A stretch of DNA of 64,000 nt. It comes from Thermoproteota archaeon (lineage in GTDB: Archaea; Korarchaeota; Korarchaeia; Korarchaeales; Korarchaeaceae). The translations under genes were made by a program, and so were the position numbers. The notes beneath the pieces were generated by a model. It saw nothing but the letters and a program-made list of their open reading frames with translations. It was not told the origin of the DNA and ran no database searches. Location: contig JAOZFN010000017.1 of the NCBI GenBank assembly GCA_027492205.1, positions 64,001-128,000 of the forward strand, written 5' to 3'. Below, one piece after another: positions 28,021 to 38,909 of the stretch. How positions within the stretch are numbered: the stretch's first letter is position 1; every line of letters begins with the position of its first letter.

Positions 28021-28653
28021 CTAAGGCCTCGGGGAGTTGATCAGAGCCTGCCGATCGTCCTCAATGAACTGAAGGAGCGCCGCCAGGGCGAGGGGGTACA
28101 TCCCCTCCCCGACCTCCGAGATCACGCACTCCGCCAGCTTGGGGACCCACCTCAGCAGGTGCCTCTCCAGCAGGGAGAGCTGGGACCTGATCAGGGACTC
28201 GACCCTCCCCCTGTCCGCCGATGCGTCGGCCATCTCCTGCTGGTAGGCCAAGACGTACATGAGGCCCAGCTGACCCGGGAGCGAGTCCAGGTCCAAGCTC
28301 TCCACTCCAGCGGACCTCGCGAGCTCCGAGAGCGCGAGCTGAGAGTACTCACCCGACTCCACAAAGGCGGACTCTCGAGGTCTACACCTCTCGGAGGCGC
28401 GTTCTCTCTCCTCCGTCAGTCTCGACACGGATGGTTGATCAACGACGAACCTCGTGATCAGCTCCCTCAGGGGGCCCGTCCTATAGCCCATCGACTCAAG
28501 CGCCCCCATCGAGCGACCGAGGGACTCCACCACCCAAGAGACGTCCCGGTCGGGCTCCTCCCTCAGATCGCCGACAAGAGCCGACAGGGCAGCGTAAACC
28601 TCGGCCCTGGCCGCCGAGAGACCCGGGGGCCAGGCCGCCCTCCCTGAACCCAT
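28021..28653 (-). CDS. TorD/DmsD-family chaperone-like protein
   Basis: PRESAF, QLGLMY.L, LLERHLLRWVPKLA motifs. Confidence 0.75.
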   Translation of the reverse strand: MGSGRAAWPPGLSAARAEVYAALSALVGDLREEPDRDVSWVVESLGRSMGALESMGYRTGPLRELITRFVVDQPSVSRLTEERERASERCRPRESAFVESGEYSQLALSELARSAGVESLDLDSLPGQLGLMYVLAYQQEMADASADRGRVESLIRSQLSLLERHLLRWVPKLAECVISEVGEGMYPLALAALLQFIEDDRQALINSPRP

Positions 28654-28713
28654 CCCGGATGCCGATCGGCGAGACGTTAAAACGAGGCGGCGGCGCCAAG
28701 CCCCGGTGGTCCC

Positions 28714-29376
28714 TTGGTCCTCGGTCTCGCCGATCTAGCCGCGGCCCTAAGCGAGCTGGTGAGCTCCTCGCCAGACCTCACCTCGGGCCTCGTCAGGGAG
28801 GAGGGGGACGGGGAGTTCCTGGTCGCGTTCGACGTCAGGTGGTCCGCTCTAGAGGACCCGGAAGGTGAGCTCAAGGAGTTCGAGGCGGCGTACCTAGGCC
28901 ACCGGGTCGTGGGCAGGGGGACCGAGGGCAGGGAGGACGCCTGGATAATCGTCAGGTCGGACTTCGGCGAGCTTGAAGACCTACTGGAGAGGATCAGCGA
29001 GCGAGGGGACGTAGTCGGGGTCCTTTCGGTGAGGGGGAACTCTGTGGAGGTCGTCGTCTACCCGCAGCGGGCGGCCAGCGCCGCAGCCGTGGGGCTCGCC
29101 GGGGAGCTGGTCGAGGCTCTGCTCGAGAGGCTGGGCTGGCCCGAGGGGGTCTTCTACAGCCTGATAGGATACGAGGTCATCCCTGGCGGGCTGAGGCTCC
29201 ACGCTTCCCTGGCGGTCGACGAGTGTCCCTCCCGGGTGATCCACGAGCACGGGGAGGACCACGCGCACGGGCGAGAGAGCGGGGCGCGTGATGGACAGGC
29301 CGACTATGGGGGACGGGGCGACGAGCCTGGCTCAGGTGTCGGGGGCGTCCTGCTCCCTGGGGGGTGGCCCGACTGA
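28714..29376 (+). CDS. Hypothetical protein with His-rich tail
   Basis: Host-like codons; HEHGEDHAHG; divergent from the TorD-like gene. Confidence 0.65.
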   Translation: MVLGLADLAAALSELVSSSPDLTSGLVREEGDGEFLVAFDVRWSALEDPEGELKEFEAAYLGHRVVGRGTEGREDAWIIVRSDFGELEDLLERISERGDVVGVLSVRGNSVEVVVYPQRAASAAAVGLAGELVEALLERLGWPEGVFYSLIGYEVIPGGLRLHASLAVDECPSRVIHEHGEDHAHGRESGARDGQADYGGRGDEPGSGVGGVLLPGGWPD

Positions 29377-29921
29377 TGGATCTGTCCCACCTCGTCGGGG
29401 TTCTCAGGAGGCTCTCGGAGGATCCCGGAGTGGTCTCGGCCACCCTGGATCTCGGCCTGCGGAGGATAACCGTCGAGGTCAGGCTTCCAGACCTGGCTCC
29501 AATGCTCGAGTCGGCTGCCGAGGAGTACAGAGCCATGGGGTGGCGGGTTGACTTCGATCTCAGCGGGGACTCGCCTACCGTCGTCGTTAGGGCTCCCCGG
29601 GGAGAAGTCGGTCGGGTCCTCTCCCTGGCCAAGGGAAGGGGCGACTCGGTTCTGGAGGTTAGAGTCTCCCCCGGCGGCTCCCGGGACGTCGAGGTGAGGG
29701 TTGAGGCGTCTGGGGCCACAATCGGCGAGGTGGCCGCGGTCGAGGCCAGGGAGGCGCTGAGAAGGGCCGGTCTCCCCGGCGCCGACGGCATGCCCGCCGA
29801 GCTTGAGACTGTCACGAGGGACGCTCGCGTCCCCGTGTTCCTGCCAACGGAGACCGGCAGCACCCGCGGCCTCGTCGCCGCCGTCTCGGTGTGCCTCCCG
29901 CCGAGGATCGGAGAGTCCTAG
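29364..29921 (+). CDS. Hypothetical protein, probable paralog of the upstream ORF
   Basis: Overlapping start; similar VVVR..GE...L....RGD.V..V.V segment. Confidence 0.6.
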   Translation: MARLMDLSHLVGVLRRLSEDPGVVSATLDLGLRRITVEVRLPDLAPMLESAAEEYRAMGWRVDFDLSGDSPTVVVRAPRGEVGRVLSLAKGRGDSVLEVRVSPGGSRDVEVRVEASGATIGEVAAVEAREALRRAGLPGADGMPAELETVTRDARVPVFLPTETGSTRGLVAAVSVCLPPRIGES

Positions 29922-29926
29922 GGGGG

Positions 29927-31067
29927 CTACCTCCTCCCCAGCCTGCCGGCGAGCCTCTTGGCGACCGCCAGGGGAACCCTGGTCCACACCCACCTCCAGA
30001 ACTCCCGGAACTCCAGCTCCCCGACGTTGGCGAGGGTGTACCTCCTCGCTATCTCCGGGTCCGACACCATGTAGTCGTAGAACCTCCTCATCCTCGGCAG
30101 GACCACGTTGGCCGCCTTGGCCCTGAGCTCCAAGTCCTGAAGCAGCGGCTCCAGTAGTCTCTCGTAGAGGCCGGGATCTCCGCTGAGGACGGCCTGGGAC
30201 GCGGCCCGAGCGCTCACCAGCGCCTGGTATATGCCCTCTCCGGTGAGGGGGTCGGCGAGGCCCGCGGCGTCGCCCACCAGGAGCACCCTCCCGGACGCGA
30301 GCCGCCTGCTCCGGCCAATGGGTATGACGCCGTACTCCACCGGCGTGTCCAACCTGAGGCCCAGCGACCTCACGTGCCTCTCCAGGCGACCCTTCAAGTT
30401 CTCCATGAGGGGGAGCATTCCCCCAACGCCCACGTTCACCCTCCCGGAGAGGGGGAAGGCCCAGCCGTACCCCCCGCGGGGGACGGCGTCCATCTGGAAC
30501 AGGGCCACGTCGTAGCCTCCCGAAGGCCTCGACTCGACCGCCGCGATGAGTTCCCCCGGCGGATAGCCGGACCTCAGCCCGACCCACCTCCCGACCGAAC
30601 CGGCCACGCCGTCGGCGCCGATCACCCAGTCCGCCGAGTACGCGTTCCGTCGCGTCCTCACCACCAGCCCCTCTCCCCCGGGGGACACCCCGATCGCCGG
30701 CTCCCCGTCCAGGAACTCCGCACCCTCCGCTTCGGCCCAGCGGGCCAGCGAGGCGTCGAAGTCGGCCCTGTCGACCGTGGCGATCACCCAGGGGTTGTGG
30801 AACACCTCCACGGAGCGACCCCACCCCCGAACCAGGACCCTGTCCAAGAGCCTCTGGATCGGGAGCTCCGACCGGTGGAAGCCGAACTCCTCCAGCAGCC
30901 TCACGGTCTTCAGCGTCAGGCCGCCCCCGCACGGCTTGTTCCTTGGGAACCTGCGCATCTCTAGTAGGAGCACCCTCAGGCCAGACCTTGCCAGCAGGGC
31001 CGCCGAGGCGCTTCCGGCGGGACCCGCGCCGACCACGGCGACGTCGAATCGTCTCGTGGGCGCTCAA
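29927..31067 (-). CDS. Geranylgeranyl reductase family flavoprotein; probable frameshift near the start
   Basis: FDVAVVGAGPAG, KPCGGG, GADG, GYGWAFP, GDAAG..DPLTGEGI; TTG 31067 is in frame if one base of GGG 31058-31060 is removed. Confidence 0.9.
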
Positions 31068-31095
31068 CCTCCCCCGTCACTTCGCCCCAACCGCG

Positions 31096-31803
31096 TCACA
31101 GGCCCAACTCCTCCAGGACCTCCTCGAGCCGCGCCCTGATCTCGGCCTGGACCTCCTCTACGCCCCTCTCCCTGCCGCCTTCCACCTCGTCGACCTCGAT
31201 GACCGTGACCCCCTCCGCCCTGAGGTCGTCCAGGAGCCTCCTGAAGTTCCGATAGGTCTCCATGAGGTCGGCCCTGTTCTCGTAGATCTGCCACGTCCAC
31301 CTGGACCTCCTTATCCGCGAGGCCGAGACGTCCGGGGGAACGTCCAAGTAGACCACCACGTCCGGGAGCGGGGCGTACCTGTTCACCTCCCTCACCCAGT
31401 CGAGATCCACGCTCAGGGAGAGGGTACCAACGTCCCTTCCGCCCTGGTAGGCCATGGAGGAGATCACGTACCTGTCCGAGATGACCACGTAGCCCTCCTT
31501 GAGGGCCGAAAGGATTCCCCTGTGCCTGGCTCCCGGGCCGTAGGGATCCTCGTAGAGGTGGTAGAGCCTGTCCGCCGCGAAGAGGAGGGCCATCACGTGG
31601 GGGTAGGGGGTTATGTTTACCTGCCTGCTCATTATCCCCCTGAGGAGGAAGCCTATCATCGACTCGGTGGGCTCCTTCGTGAGGAAGACCTTCTCTAAGC
31701 CCTTCTCCTCGATCAACCACTTCTCAACGAGTCTGGAGTGGGTGGTCAGCCCGGCGCCGTCTATCCCCTCAAAGGCTATGAAGAGACCCTTCCAATCCCC
31801 CAT
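31096..31803 (-). CDS. tmk: Thymidylate kinase
   Basis: FIAFEGIDGAG, TKEP, LLFAADR, VISDRY..SSMAYQ. Confidence 0.88.
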   Translation of the reverse strand: MGDWKGLFIAFEGIDGAGLTTHSRLVEKWLIEEKGLEKVFLTKEPTESMIGFLLRGIMSRQVNITPYPHVMALLFAADRLYHLYEDPYGPGARHRGILSALKEGYVVISDRYVISSMAYQGGRDVGTLSLSVDLDWVREVNRYAPLPDVVVYLDVPPDVSASRIRRSRWTWQIYENRADLMETYRNFRRLLDDLRAEGVTVIEVDEVEGGRERGVEEVQAEIRARLEEVLEELGL

Positions 31804-32089
31804 CGACGCACCTCCCGTCGCCGGGTCCCGCCCCATTAATGAATTTCTCTCGGACCCGGCGACCTCGAATCTGAGGAGCTGCGATCTTGATGGGGATCGG
31901 GCCAATGCTGGCACACGGCTTTGAGCTGTCAGCCCGCGTCCTACGCCAGCTAGGCGGAAGCCCCTTTCGTCGGCCCGCGAGGATCAAGTGGTTTGAATTT
32001 TTAACAAAAAGCCGGACTATCCCGCTGAATGGGTTAAGTTTTTGAGTGGGCGAGAATGGGTCCGGCAGCCTCCAAAGGAGGTGCACCTA

Positions 32090-33730
32090 ATGAGAAGGAG
32101 GAGCGGAATATCCAGGGCCGCGGTGGGCGCCCTGATCGTTGTGGTGCTGCTGATCTTGGTCGGCGCCTACCTGGCCATGAGGCCTAGCCCCGCCCCGACG
32201 ACGGCTCCGCCCGCGACGACGACCGGGGCGCCCCCGACATCCCCTCCAGCGCCCAAGTACGCCGACACCATCATCATCGGGGTGACTGACAAGGTCTCGG
32301 ACCTCGACCCCGCGATGGCTTACGACTTCTACACGTGGGAGGTCTTCAACAACATAGGGGAGGGGCCGTTCAAGTACAAGCCCGGGACGACCGAGCTCAT
32401 CCCCGGGATAATAGAGAGCTACGAGGTGCAGGAGGGAGGGAAGGTCTACATCCTACACCTCAGGCAGAACCTGAAGTTCGCGGACGGGACCCCCTGCACC
32501 GCCCAGACCCTGAAGTGGTCCATAGACAGGGTAGCGAGGATCCAGGGAGACCCAGCGTGGTTCGTGCTGGACTTCGTAAACTACACCGAGGTAGTCGACG
32601 ACTACACGCTCAAGATAGTGCTCCAGCAGCCCGTCGCCTTCTTCCCGGCCGTCCTGGCCGTGCCGACCTACTTCCCGATCCCGCCTGACAAGTATCCGGC
32701 CGATCAGGTGTCCTCCGACAACACCGCCGGAAGCGTCGGGCCCTACAAAATCGTCAAGTGGGTGAGGGATCAGGAGCTGGTCCTCGAGGCGAATCCCTAC
32801 TACTACGGTGAGCCGCCGAAGACGAAGAGGATCATAGTCAGGTTCTACAAGGACGCGACATCCCTTAGGATGGCCCTAGAGGCAGGGGAGATCGACATAG
32901 CCTGGAGGACGCTGAATCCCACCGACATTCAGGACCTCAGGGGCAAGCCGGGAATCAAGATCTACGAGAATCCGGGCTCCTTCATCAGGTACATCGTCAT
33001 AAATACGAACATCCCGCCCTTCGACAACAAGCTCGTGAGGCAGGCCCTGGCGGCCGCCCTGAACAGGCAGGCGATCTGCGACACCGTGTTCATGGGGACC
33101 ACCGAGCCCCTCTACAGTCTGGTGCCGAACGGCATGTGGAGTCACGTCGACGCCTTCAAGGAGAAGTACGGAGATCACAACATAGAACTCGCCAGGCAGC
33201 TCCTGCAGCAGGCCGGATACTCCGAGGAGAACAAGCTGGTCGTTGACCTCTGGTACACCACGACGCACTACGGCGACACCGAGGCGGACGTGGCGGCGCT
33301 GATCAAGGCGGCCTGGGAGGAGACCGGAATGATTCAGGTGAATGTCCACAGCGCCGAGTGGTCCACCTACCTCGACCTCACCAGGCAGGGCCAGCTACCC
33401 GTGACGCTGTACGGGTGGTACCCGGACTACATAGACCCCGACAACTTCCTGTACCCGTTCCTGCACACCGGATCGAACCGCTGGCTGGGCGAGCCCTACA
33501 GCAACCCTGACCTCGACGCCCTGCTTGAGCAGGCACAGGTGGAGCTGGACCAGAATGTCAGGGCTCAGCTATATCAGCAGATCCAGCAAATACTCGCAGA
33601 GGACGCCCCAATCATACCCATCTTCCAGGGTAAGCTCGTCCTGGCCGCCAAGGATAACGTCCAAGGCATAGTACTGGATCCCGTCATGCTGCTTAGGTAC
33701 TATCTGCTCGTGAAGCTGGCGGAGGGCTGA
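32090..33730 (+). CDS. Peptide/nickel ABC transporter substrate-binding protein
   Basis: SD GGAGGTG; N-terminal anchor, Pro/Thr linker, LDPA, KFADGTP, GPYK, VRQAL. Confidence 0.93.
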   Translation: MRRRSGISRAAVGALIVVVLLILVGAYLAMRPSPAPTTAPPATTTGAPPTSPPAPKYADTIIIGVTDKVSDLDPAMAYDFYTWEVFNNIGEGPFKYKPGTTELIPGIIESYEVQEGGKVYILHLRQNLKFADGTPCTAQTLKWSIDRVARIQGDPAWFVLDFVNYTEVVDDYTLKIVLQQPVAFFPAVLAVPTYFPIPPDKYPADQVSSDNTAGSVGPYKIVKWVRDQELVLEANPYYYGEPPKTKRIIVRFYKDATSLRMALEAGEIDIAWRTLNPTDIQDLRGKPGIKIYENPGSFIRYIVINTNIPPFDNKLVRQALAAALNRQAICDTVFMGTTEPLYSLVPNGMWSHVDAFKEKYGDHNIELARQLLQQAGYSEENKLVVDLWYTTTHYGDTEADVAALIKAAWEETGMIQVNVHSAEWSTYLDLTRQGQLPVTLYGWYPDYIDPDNFLYPFLHTGSNRWLGEPYSNPDLDALLEQAQVELDQNVRAQLYQQIQQILAEDAPIIPIFQGKLVLAAKDNVQGIVLDPVMLLRYYLLVKLAEG

Positions 33731-33816
33731 ACCCTCCTCCCCACCCCCTCCTTTTTCCCAGGGCATGGGCGCGGCTGCTTTTTAGGTAGAGTTCTGGGCC
33801 GGGGTGTGGTGGTCCA

Positions 33817-34830
33817 TTGGCCTCGCTGCGGGCTTACGTCCTGACGAGGATTCTCTTGACGATTCCCATGATCTTCATCCTACTGACCGTGGTGTTTCTC
33901 GTGATGAGGGTGCTTCCAGGGAACCCAGTGATAGCGATGGTCGGCATGAAGGCTTCAGAGGAGCAGATCAGGCAGCTGATGCACCAGTTGGGACTGGACA
34001 AGCCGCTCTGGAGGCAGTACCTTGACTACCTCTCTAGGGTGCTGCGGGGGGACCTAGGCAACTCGATGATTTGGGGCAGGAGGCCCGTCATCGACGAGAT
34101 CATGGATCACTTCCCGGCCACCATCGAGCTGACCATATCCGGCTTCGCCGTGAGCGTCCTATTGGGGATAGTCACGGGGACCGCGGCCGGCCTCAGGAGG
34201 GGAACCGGATTGGACTTGGCCATGAGGGTCTACAGCATCGTGGTCTACGCCCTCTTCATACCGTGGCTGGGCATGATGCTCCAGTACGTATTTGGGGTCA
34301 AGCTGGGCTGGTTTCCCGTGGGCGGGAGGATAGGGCCCATGATGGAGCCCGAGCACGTGACGGGCCTCTACGTGCTCGACTCCATACTAACCCTGAACTG
34401 GGGCAGCCTGGCCAGCGCCCTGAGGTACCTGACGCTCCCGTCTCTGACCCTTGGCGTGGTGCTCTCGGGGGTGTACACCAGGCTGGTCAGGACGAGCCTC
34501 AGCGAGGTCTTGGAGCAGGACTTCATCCGGGCCGCCAGGTCCAGGGGGGTGTCGGAGCGGGTCGTCCTCTTCAGGCACGCCCTGAAGAACGCCTTCATAC
34601 CCATCCTAACCATGATGGGCCTCCAGTTCGCCCTCCTGCTCGCAGGCGCGGTGCTGACGGAGACGACCTTCTCGTGGCCGGGCATGGGAACCTTCCTCAT
34701 GGAGAGGATAATCTACAGGGACTTCACGACGGTGCAGGGGACCATAGTGTTCTACGCCCTCTTCGTGGCCCTGGTGAGCCTAGTGGTCGACCTGATCTAC
34801 GCGTACATCGATCCGAGGATAAGGTACTGA
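33817..34830 (+). CDS. Peptide ABC permease (DppB/OppB)
   Basis: PATIEL, AARSRG..E..V..RHALKNA, TETTFSWPGMG. Confidence 0.94.
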   Translation: MASLRAYVLTRILLTIPMIFILLTVVFLVMRVLPGNPVIAMVGMKASEEQIRQLMHQLGLDKPLWRQYLDYLSRVLRGDLGNSMIWGRRPVIDEIMDHFPATIELTISGFAVSVLLGIVTGTAAGLRRGTGLDLAMRVYSIVVYALFIPWLGMMLQYVFGVKLGWFPVGGRIGPMMEPEHVTGLYVLDSILTLNWGSLASALRYLTLPSLTLGVVLSGVYTRLVRTSLSEVLEQDFIRAARSRGVSERVVLFRHALKNAFIPILTMMGLQFALLLAGAVLTETTFSWPGMGTFLMERIIYRDFTTVQGTIVFYALFVALVSLVVDLIYAYIDPRIRY

Positions 34831-34840
34831 GGGGGTGGCG

Positions 34841-35707
34841 ATGTCCGGGGTCTTCGGGCGGCTCGCCGGGGGTAAGCTGGCGACCCTGGGGAGGGCCAGG
34901 GGGATAGAGAGGTTCATGCTCGGGGTAGGGCTCGCAATCGTACTGCTGGTTATAGGGATGGCCGCGTTCGCCGACGTCCTGTCACCCTATGACCCCATAG
35001 AGATAGTCGACAGGCCGATCCTTCCGCCCTCCAGGGGGCACCCCCTGGGGACCGACTCGCTCGGGAGGGACGTGTTCAGCCGGGTGCTCCACGGGTCCAG
35101 GACGATGCTCACAGTCGTCTCGCTGTCGACGCTCATCTCGCTCTCCGTCGGCGTGCCGCTGGGTCTCCTGTCGGGGTACAGGGGAGGGGTGTTGGACAGA
35201 GCCCTCTCGCTGGTCATGGACAGCATATACGCATTCCCGGGACTCATACTGGCGATAGCCGTCGCTGCCATGCTCGGGCCCGGAGTCTACAACACGGCCA
35301 TATCGATAGCGGTGGTCTACATGCCGACGTACTTTAGAATGGTCAGGGGAGAGGTCCTGAGCCTCAAGGAGAGGACCTTCGTCGAGGCGGCCAGGGCGCT
35401 GGGGGCCAGGGATCGGACGATCCTGAGGAAGTACCTCCTCCCCAACGTTCTGCCCACCATACTCGTGGTCTTCTCCCTCAACGTGGCCGACGCGGTCCTC
35501 ACCGAGGCCGGCCTGAGCTTCCTGGGTTTGAGCGTCCCGTCCCCAACCCCCGACTGGGGGTTCGACATGAGGAACGGGCAGAGGTACTTCCTCTCGGGAT
35601 ACTGGTGGCTCGTCACCTTCCCCGGCCTCATGATAATCCTGCTCTGCGTGGGATTCAGTCTGCTCGGCGAGGGGCTGGACGCCATCCTGAACCCGAGGGA
35701 GGCGTGA
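34841..35707 (+). CDS. Peptide ABC permease (DppC/OppC)
   Basis: HPLGTDSLGRD, EAARALGA, LSFLGL..P.PDWG. Confidence 0.94.
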   Translation: MSGVFGRLAGGKLATLGRARGIERFMLGVGLAIVLLVIGMAAFADVLSPYDPIEIVDRPILPPSRGHPLGTDSLGRDVFSRVLHGSRTMLTVVSLSTLISLSVGVPLGLLSGYRGGVLDRALSLVMDSIYAFPGLILAIAVAAMLGPGVYNTAISIAVVYMPTYFRMVRGEVLSLKERTFVEAARALGARDRTILRKYLLPNVLPTILVVFSLNVADAVLTEAGLSFLGLSVPSPTPDWGFDMRNGQRYFLSGYWWLVTFPGLMIILLCVGFSLLGEGLDAILNPREA

Positions 35708-35710
35708 CCG

Positions 35711-36733
35711 ATGGGGGGCGAGCTCCTGAGGATAGAGGACCTCAAGGTTCACTACTTCACCTCGGGAGGGGTAGTGAGGGCAGTCGACGGGGTCGACCTT
35801 GAGGTGAGGCGAGGGGAGCTGGTCGGCCTTGTTGGGGAGTCCGGGAGCGGCAAGAGCACCCTCGGCCTGGCCATCCCTAGGTTGATCCCTCCCCCGGGGA
35901 AGATCGTAGGGGGCAGGATAGTGTTCGACGGCCTCGACCTCACCGAACTCAGCGAGGAGAGGATGCGCGATATCAGGGGGAGGAGGATAGGGATGGTCTT
36001 CCAGGACCCCATGACCTCCCTCGACCCCCTCATGAAGGTGGGGGACCAGATATCCGAGACCATCCTGGCCCACGAGGACGTCTCCAAGTCGGAGGCGAGG
36101 GCGAGGGCCGAGGAACTCCTCGAGGCGGTGGGCATACCCCGCGACAGGTACGACGACTACCCCCATCAGTTCAGCGGCGGAATGAGGCAGAGGGTTATGA
36201 TCGCATCGGCAATAGCGCTCAAGCCGGACCTCCTCATAGCCGATGAGCCCACCACGGCGCTGGACGTCATAGTCCAGGCTCAGATCCTGCACCTCTTCAG
36301 GGAGCTCCAGAGGAGCATGGGGATGAGCGTGATACTCATCACGCACGACATGGCGCTCGAGATGCAGGTGGCCGACAGGATAGCCGTCATGTACGGCGGG
36401 TGGATCGTGGAGTACTCTCCCGCGGTTGCGATGGCGAGAGATCCGCTAAATCCCTACACGGCCGAACTCCTGAAGGCCATACCGAATATCGAGCTGGAGG
36501 ATCAGAGGCTGGTCTCGATACCGGGCTCCCCGCCCGACCTGAGGGCCCCGCCCCCGGGGTGCAGGTTCCACCCCAGGTGCCGCAGGAGGTTCGAGCCCTG
36601 CGCCACCGAGGAGCCCGCGACGGTCGAGGTCGACGGGAGATTAGTGAAGTGCCACCTCTACGCTTCGGGAGGGCCGGACTCGGCTGGAGGATCGGAGAGG
36701 GGTGAGGGGGAGAGGGAGAATGGGCGAGGATGA
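35711..36733 (+). CDS. Peptide ABC ATPase (DppD/OppD)
   Basis: [33 protein letters not shown]. Confidence 0.95.
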   Translation: MGGELLRIEDLKVHYFTSGGVVRAVDGVDLEVRRGELVGLVGESGSGKSTLGLAIPRLIPPPGKIVGGRIVFDGLDLTELSEERMRDIRGRRIGMVFQDPMTSLDPLMKVGDQISETILAHEDVSKSEARARAEELLEAVGIPRDRYDDYPHQFSGGMRQRVMIASAIALKPDLLIADEPTTALDVIVQAQILHLFRELQRSMGMSVILITHDMALEMQVADRIAVMYGGWIVEYSPAVAMARDPLNPYTAELLKAIPNIELEDQRLVSIPGSPPDLRAPPPGCRFHPRCRRRFEPCATEEPATVEVDGRLVKCHLYASGGPDSAGGSERGEGERENGRG

Positions 36734-37712
36734 GGAGCTGGTCAGGGTCGAGGGGCTGAAGAAGTACTTCCCCGTCGAGAGGGGGTTCGTGGAGAGGCTC
36801 CTGACCCGTCGGAGAAGGTTCGTCAGGGCCGTCGACGGGGTGACGTTCGGCATAAGGAGAGGGGAGGTCCTCTCCCTCGTAGGGGAGACCGGGAGCGGTA
36901 AGAGCACGACGGGGAAGCTCATCCTCAGGCTGATAGACCCGACGGAGGGGAGGATCTACTTCGACGGGGAGGACATCACCGAACTAAGGGGGGAGGAGCT
37001 GAGGAGGCTCAGGAGGAGGATGCAGATAATCTACCAAGATCCCTACGCCTCTCTCAACCCTAGGATGAGGGTAGGCGATGCCATAGCCCACCCGCTCGAG
37101 ATCCACGGCATGGCCGACAGAGAGGAGAGGGGGGAGGCTGTCCTGGAGATGCTGGAGAGGGTGGGCCTCGTGCCGGCCGAAGAGTTCTACGACAGGTTCC
37201 CGGCCCAGCTCTCAGGGGGACAGCGGCAGAGGGTGGCGATAGCCAGGGCGGTCATAACCAGGCCCGAGTTCATAGTGGCGGACGAGCCCGTCTCGTCCAT
37301 AGACGTCTCGCTCAGGGCGTCGATACTTGAGCTCATGATGGACCTCAAGGGAGAGTTCGGCCTCTCCTACCTGTTCATCACCCACGACCTCGCCGTCGCC
37401 AAGTACATCTCCAGCAGGATAGCCGTCATGTACCTGGGCAAGGTTGTGGAGGTGGGCCCGGTGGGGGAGGTGTTCAGGAATCCGGCTCACCCCTACACCA
37501 GAGCCCTGCTGGCAGCCGTGCCGGTGCCGGATCCCGCGAGGGGGTTGGCCCCCGTTGAACTCAAGGGGGAGATCCCCTCCGCCATCGACATCCCACCCGG
37601 GTGCCGGTTCCACCCCAGGTGCCCCGAGGCTAGCGACGTGTGCGGGGAGCGCGAGCCGGAGATGGTCGAGGTCGGGCCGGACCACTTCGCCGCTTGCCAC
37701 CTGTACTCCTGA
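36720..37712 (+). CDS. Peptide ABC ATPase (DppF/OppF)
   Basis: [28 protein letters not shown]. Confidence 0.95.
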   Translation: MGEDEELVRVEGLKKYFPVERGFVERLLTRRRRFVRAVDGVTFGIRRGEVLSLVGETGSGKSTTGKLILRLIDPTEGRIYFDGEDITELRGEELRRLRRRMQIIYQDPYASLNPRMRVGDAIAHPLEIHGMADREERGEAVLEMLERVGLVPAEEFYDRFPAQLSGGQRQRVAIARAVITRPEFIVADEPVSSIDVSLRASILELMMDLKGEFGLSYLFITHDLAVAKYISSRIAVMYLGKVVEVGPVGEVFRNPAHPYTRALLAAVPVPDPARGLAPVELKGEIPSAIDIPPGCRFHPRCPEASDVCGEREPEMVEVGPDHFAACHLYS

Positions 37713-37735
37713 CTCAACTGGGTGCTCGTTCAACC

Positions 37736-38803
37736 TCATGGGGTCATAACCGGAACAGAGCCGAATCTCCCCAGGTCCACCCAGTCGCCGGGTCTCGCGT
37801 CGGCCAGGATCAGTCTCAACCCCAAGGGCCTCCCTTTGATGGCCGCGGCCGCGAGGACATCCCTCATCAGCTTAGCCAAGGTAGGGGGGTTGAAGAGCGG
37901 AAGCGCCACCATGTCAACCCCGGCCACGCACACCGTCGACAGGCCGACTAGATCCCTCAGTCTGAGCTCGCCACGCGAGGCAAGCTCCTTAAGACGGTCG
38001 TCCTCGGCAACGGGCAGCATGACCTCCGAGAAGCCAACCGTCGGTGCGTGGTCTCTCAGAGAGGAGAGAATGGCGTTCAGTCGCCAGATCGCCCAGTAGG
38101 TGCCCGGCCCGCCGAACTCCTCTTCCGTGAGGGACTCTATCAGGGCCGCGACGGACTCCTCCATCCACGGCGACACGGACGGGTCTACGCCGAGGAACTC
38201 TATGCCAGAGGACATGGCTATTCTCCTGCCAGCCTCCGTGGCCCAATTCACGATTTCGATAATCCTCTGTTTCAGTTGCCTCCAGGATCCGGTCTGCGCG
38301 GCCACCCTGAGATCTCCCGCGTAGAGCAGGCTGAGGGAGATGCCCTCCCTCTCTGAAGCTGTGGACGGGAAGTAGGGCGTCTCGACGAGACCCCCCAGCC
38401 CCAGGGCCATCCTCGTGAGGGCTTCGGGTCCCTGATCTTCGAACACGGAGTGTAGAAGCCTGGCGAGCTTCGTCGCGAACTCGGGTCGCGGTCGCCTGAC
38501 CTCGATCCCCACGAAGATCGCGTCAGAGACGGAAAGGAGAGCCGGCGCCCCGCCAGCCTGATCCAAGCTTAGGGGGATGGAGAGGTACTCCGCGCCTGCT
38601 TCAGTCGCGCGGTCGTAGACCTCGGCGACGAGGTCCGGGCTCCGCGCCCAAGGCCCCCTGGGGAGGACGATCCTCTTGGTCCAGGCCAGGTCGCCCGAGG
38701 CCGAGAAGGCGGGCTCGGATTTGGCTAGGATGAGGTCCGGGATGGTGTCGATTTTCTCAGGATCGACGGGCGGTGCGTGGAAGGCGAGAGCTCTGATCCT
38801 CAA
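37736..38803 (-). CDS. DUF711 (UPF0210) family protein
   Basis: TPYFP, GVDPSVSPW, GFSEVMLPVAED, VCVAGVDMV. Confidence 0.85.
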   Translation of the reverse strand: MRIRALAFHAPPVDPEKIDTIPDLILAKSEPAFSASGDLAWTKRIVLPRGPWARSPDLVAEVYDRATEAGAEYLSIPLSLDQAGGAPALLSVSDAIFVGIEVRRPRPEFATKLARLLHSVFEDQGPEALTRMALGLGGLVETPYFPSTASEREGISLSLLYAGDLRVAAQTGSWRQLKQRIIEIVNWATEAGRRIAMSSGIEFLGVDPSVSPWMEESVAALIESLTEEEFGGPGTYWAIWRLNAILSSLRDHAPTVGFSEVMLPVAEDDRLKELASRGELRLRDLVGLSTVCVAGVDMVALPLFNPPTLAKLMRDVLAAAAIKGRPLGLRLILADARPGDWVDLGRFGSVPVMTP

Positions 38804-38909
38804 GGCTCAACACCTCGTCATGGGCCCGCCGGATCACGAAAAATCTCTGCTGCGTGCGTCCAGAACGCGCATGGTCTCGCGTGCCCCCTGGTGGAAATCG
38901 GGTCGATAG

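Noticed and set aside
29304-31067. 587-aa Gly/Arg-rich ORF
   Set aside because: Alternate frame of the geranylgeranyl reductase gene; only its TTG start is likely real
34982-36346. 454-aa minus-strand ORF (and similarly 51160..52509 on the plus strand)
   Set aside because: Antisense shadows of well-supported ABC transporter genes
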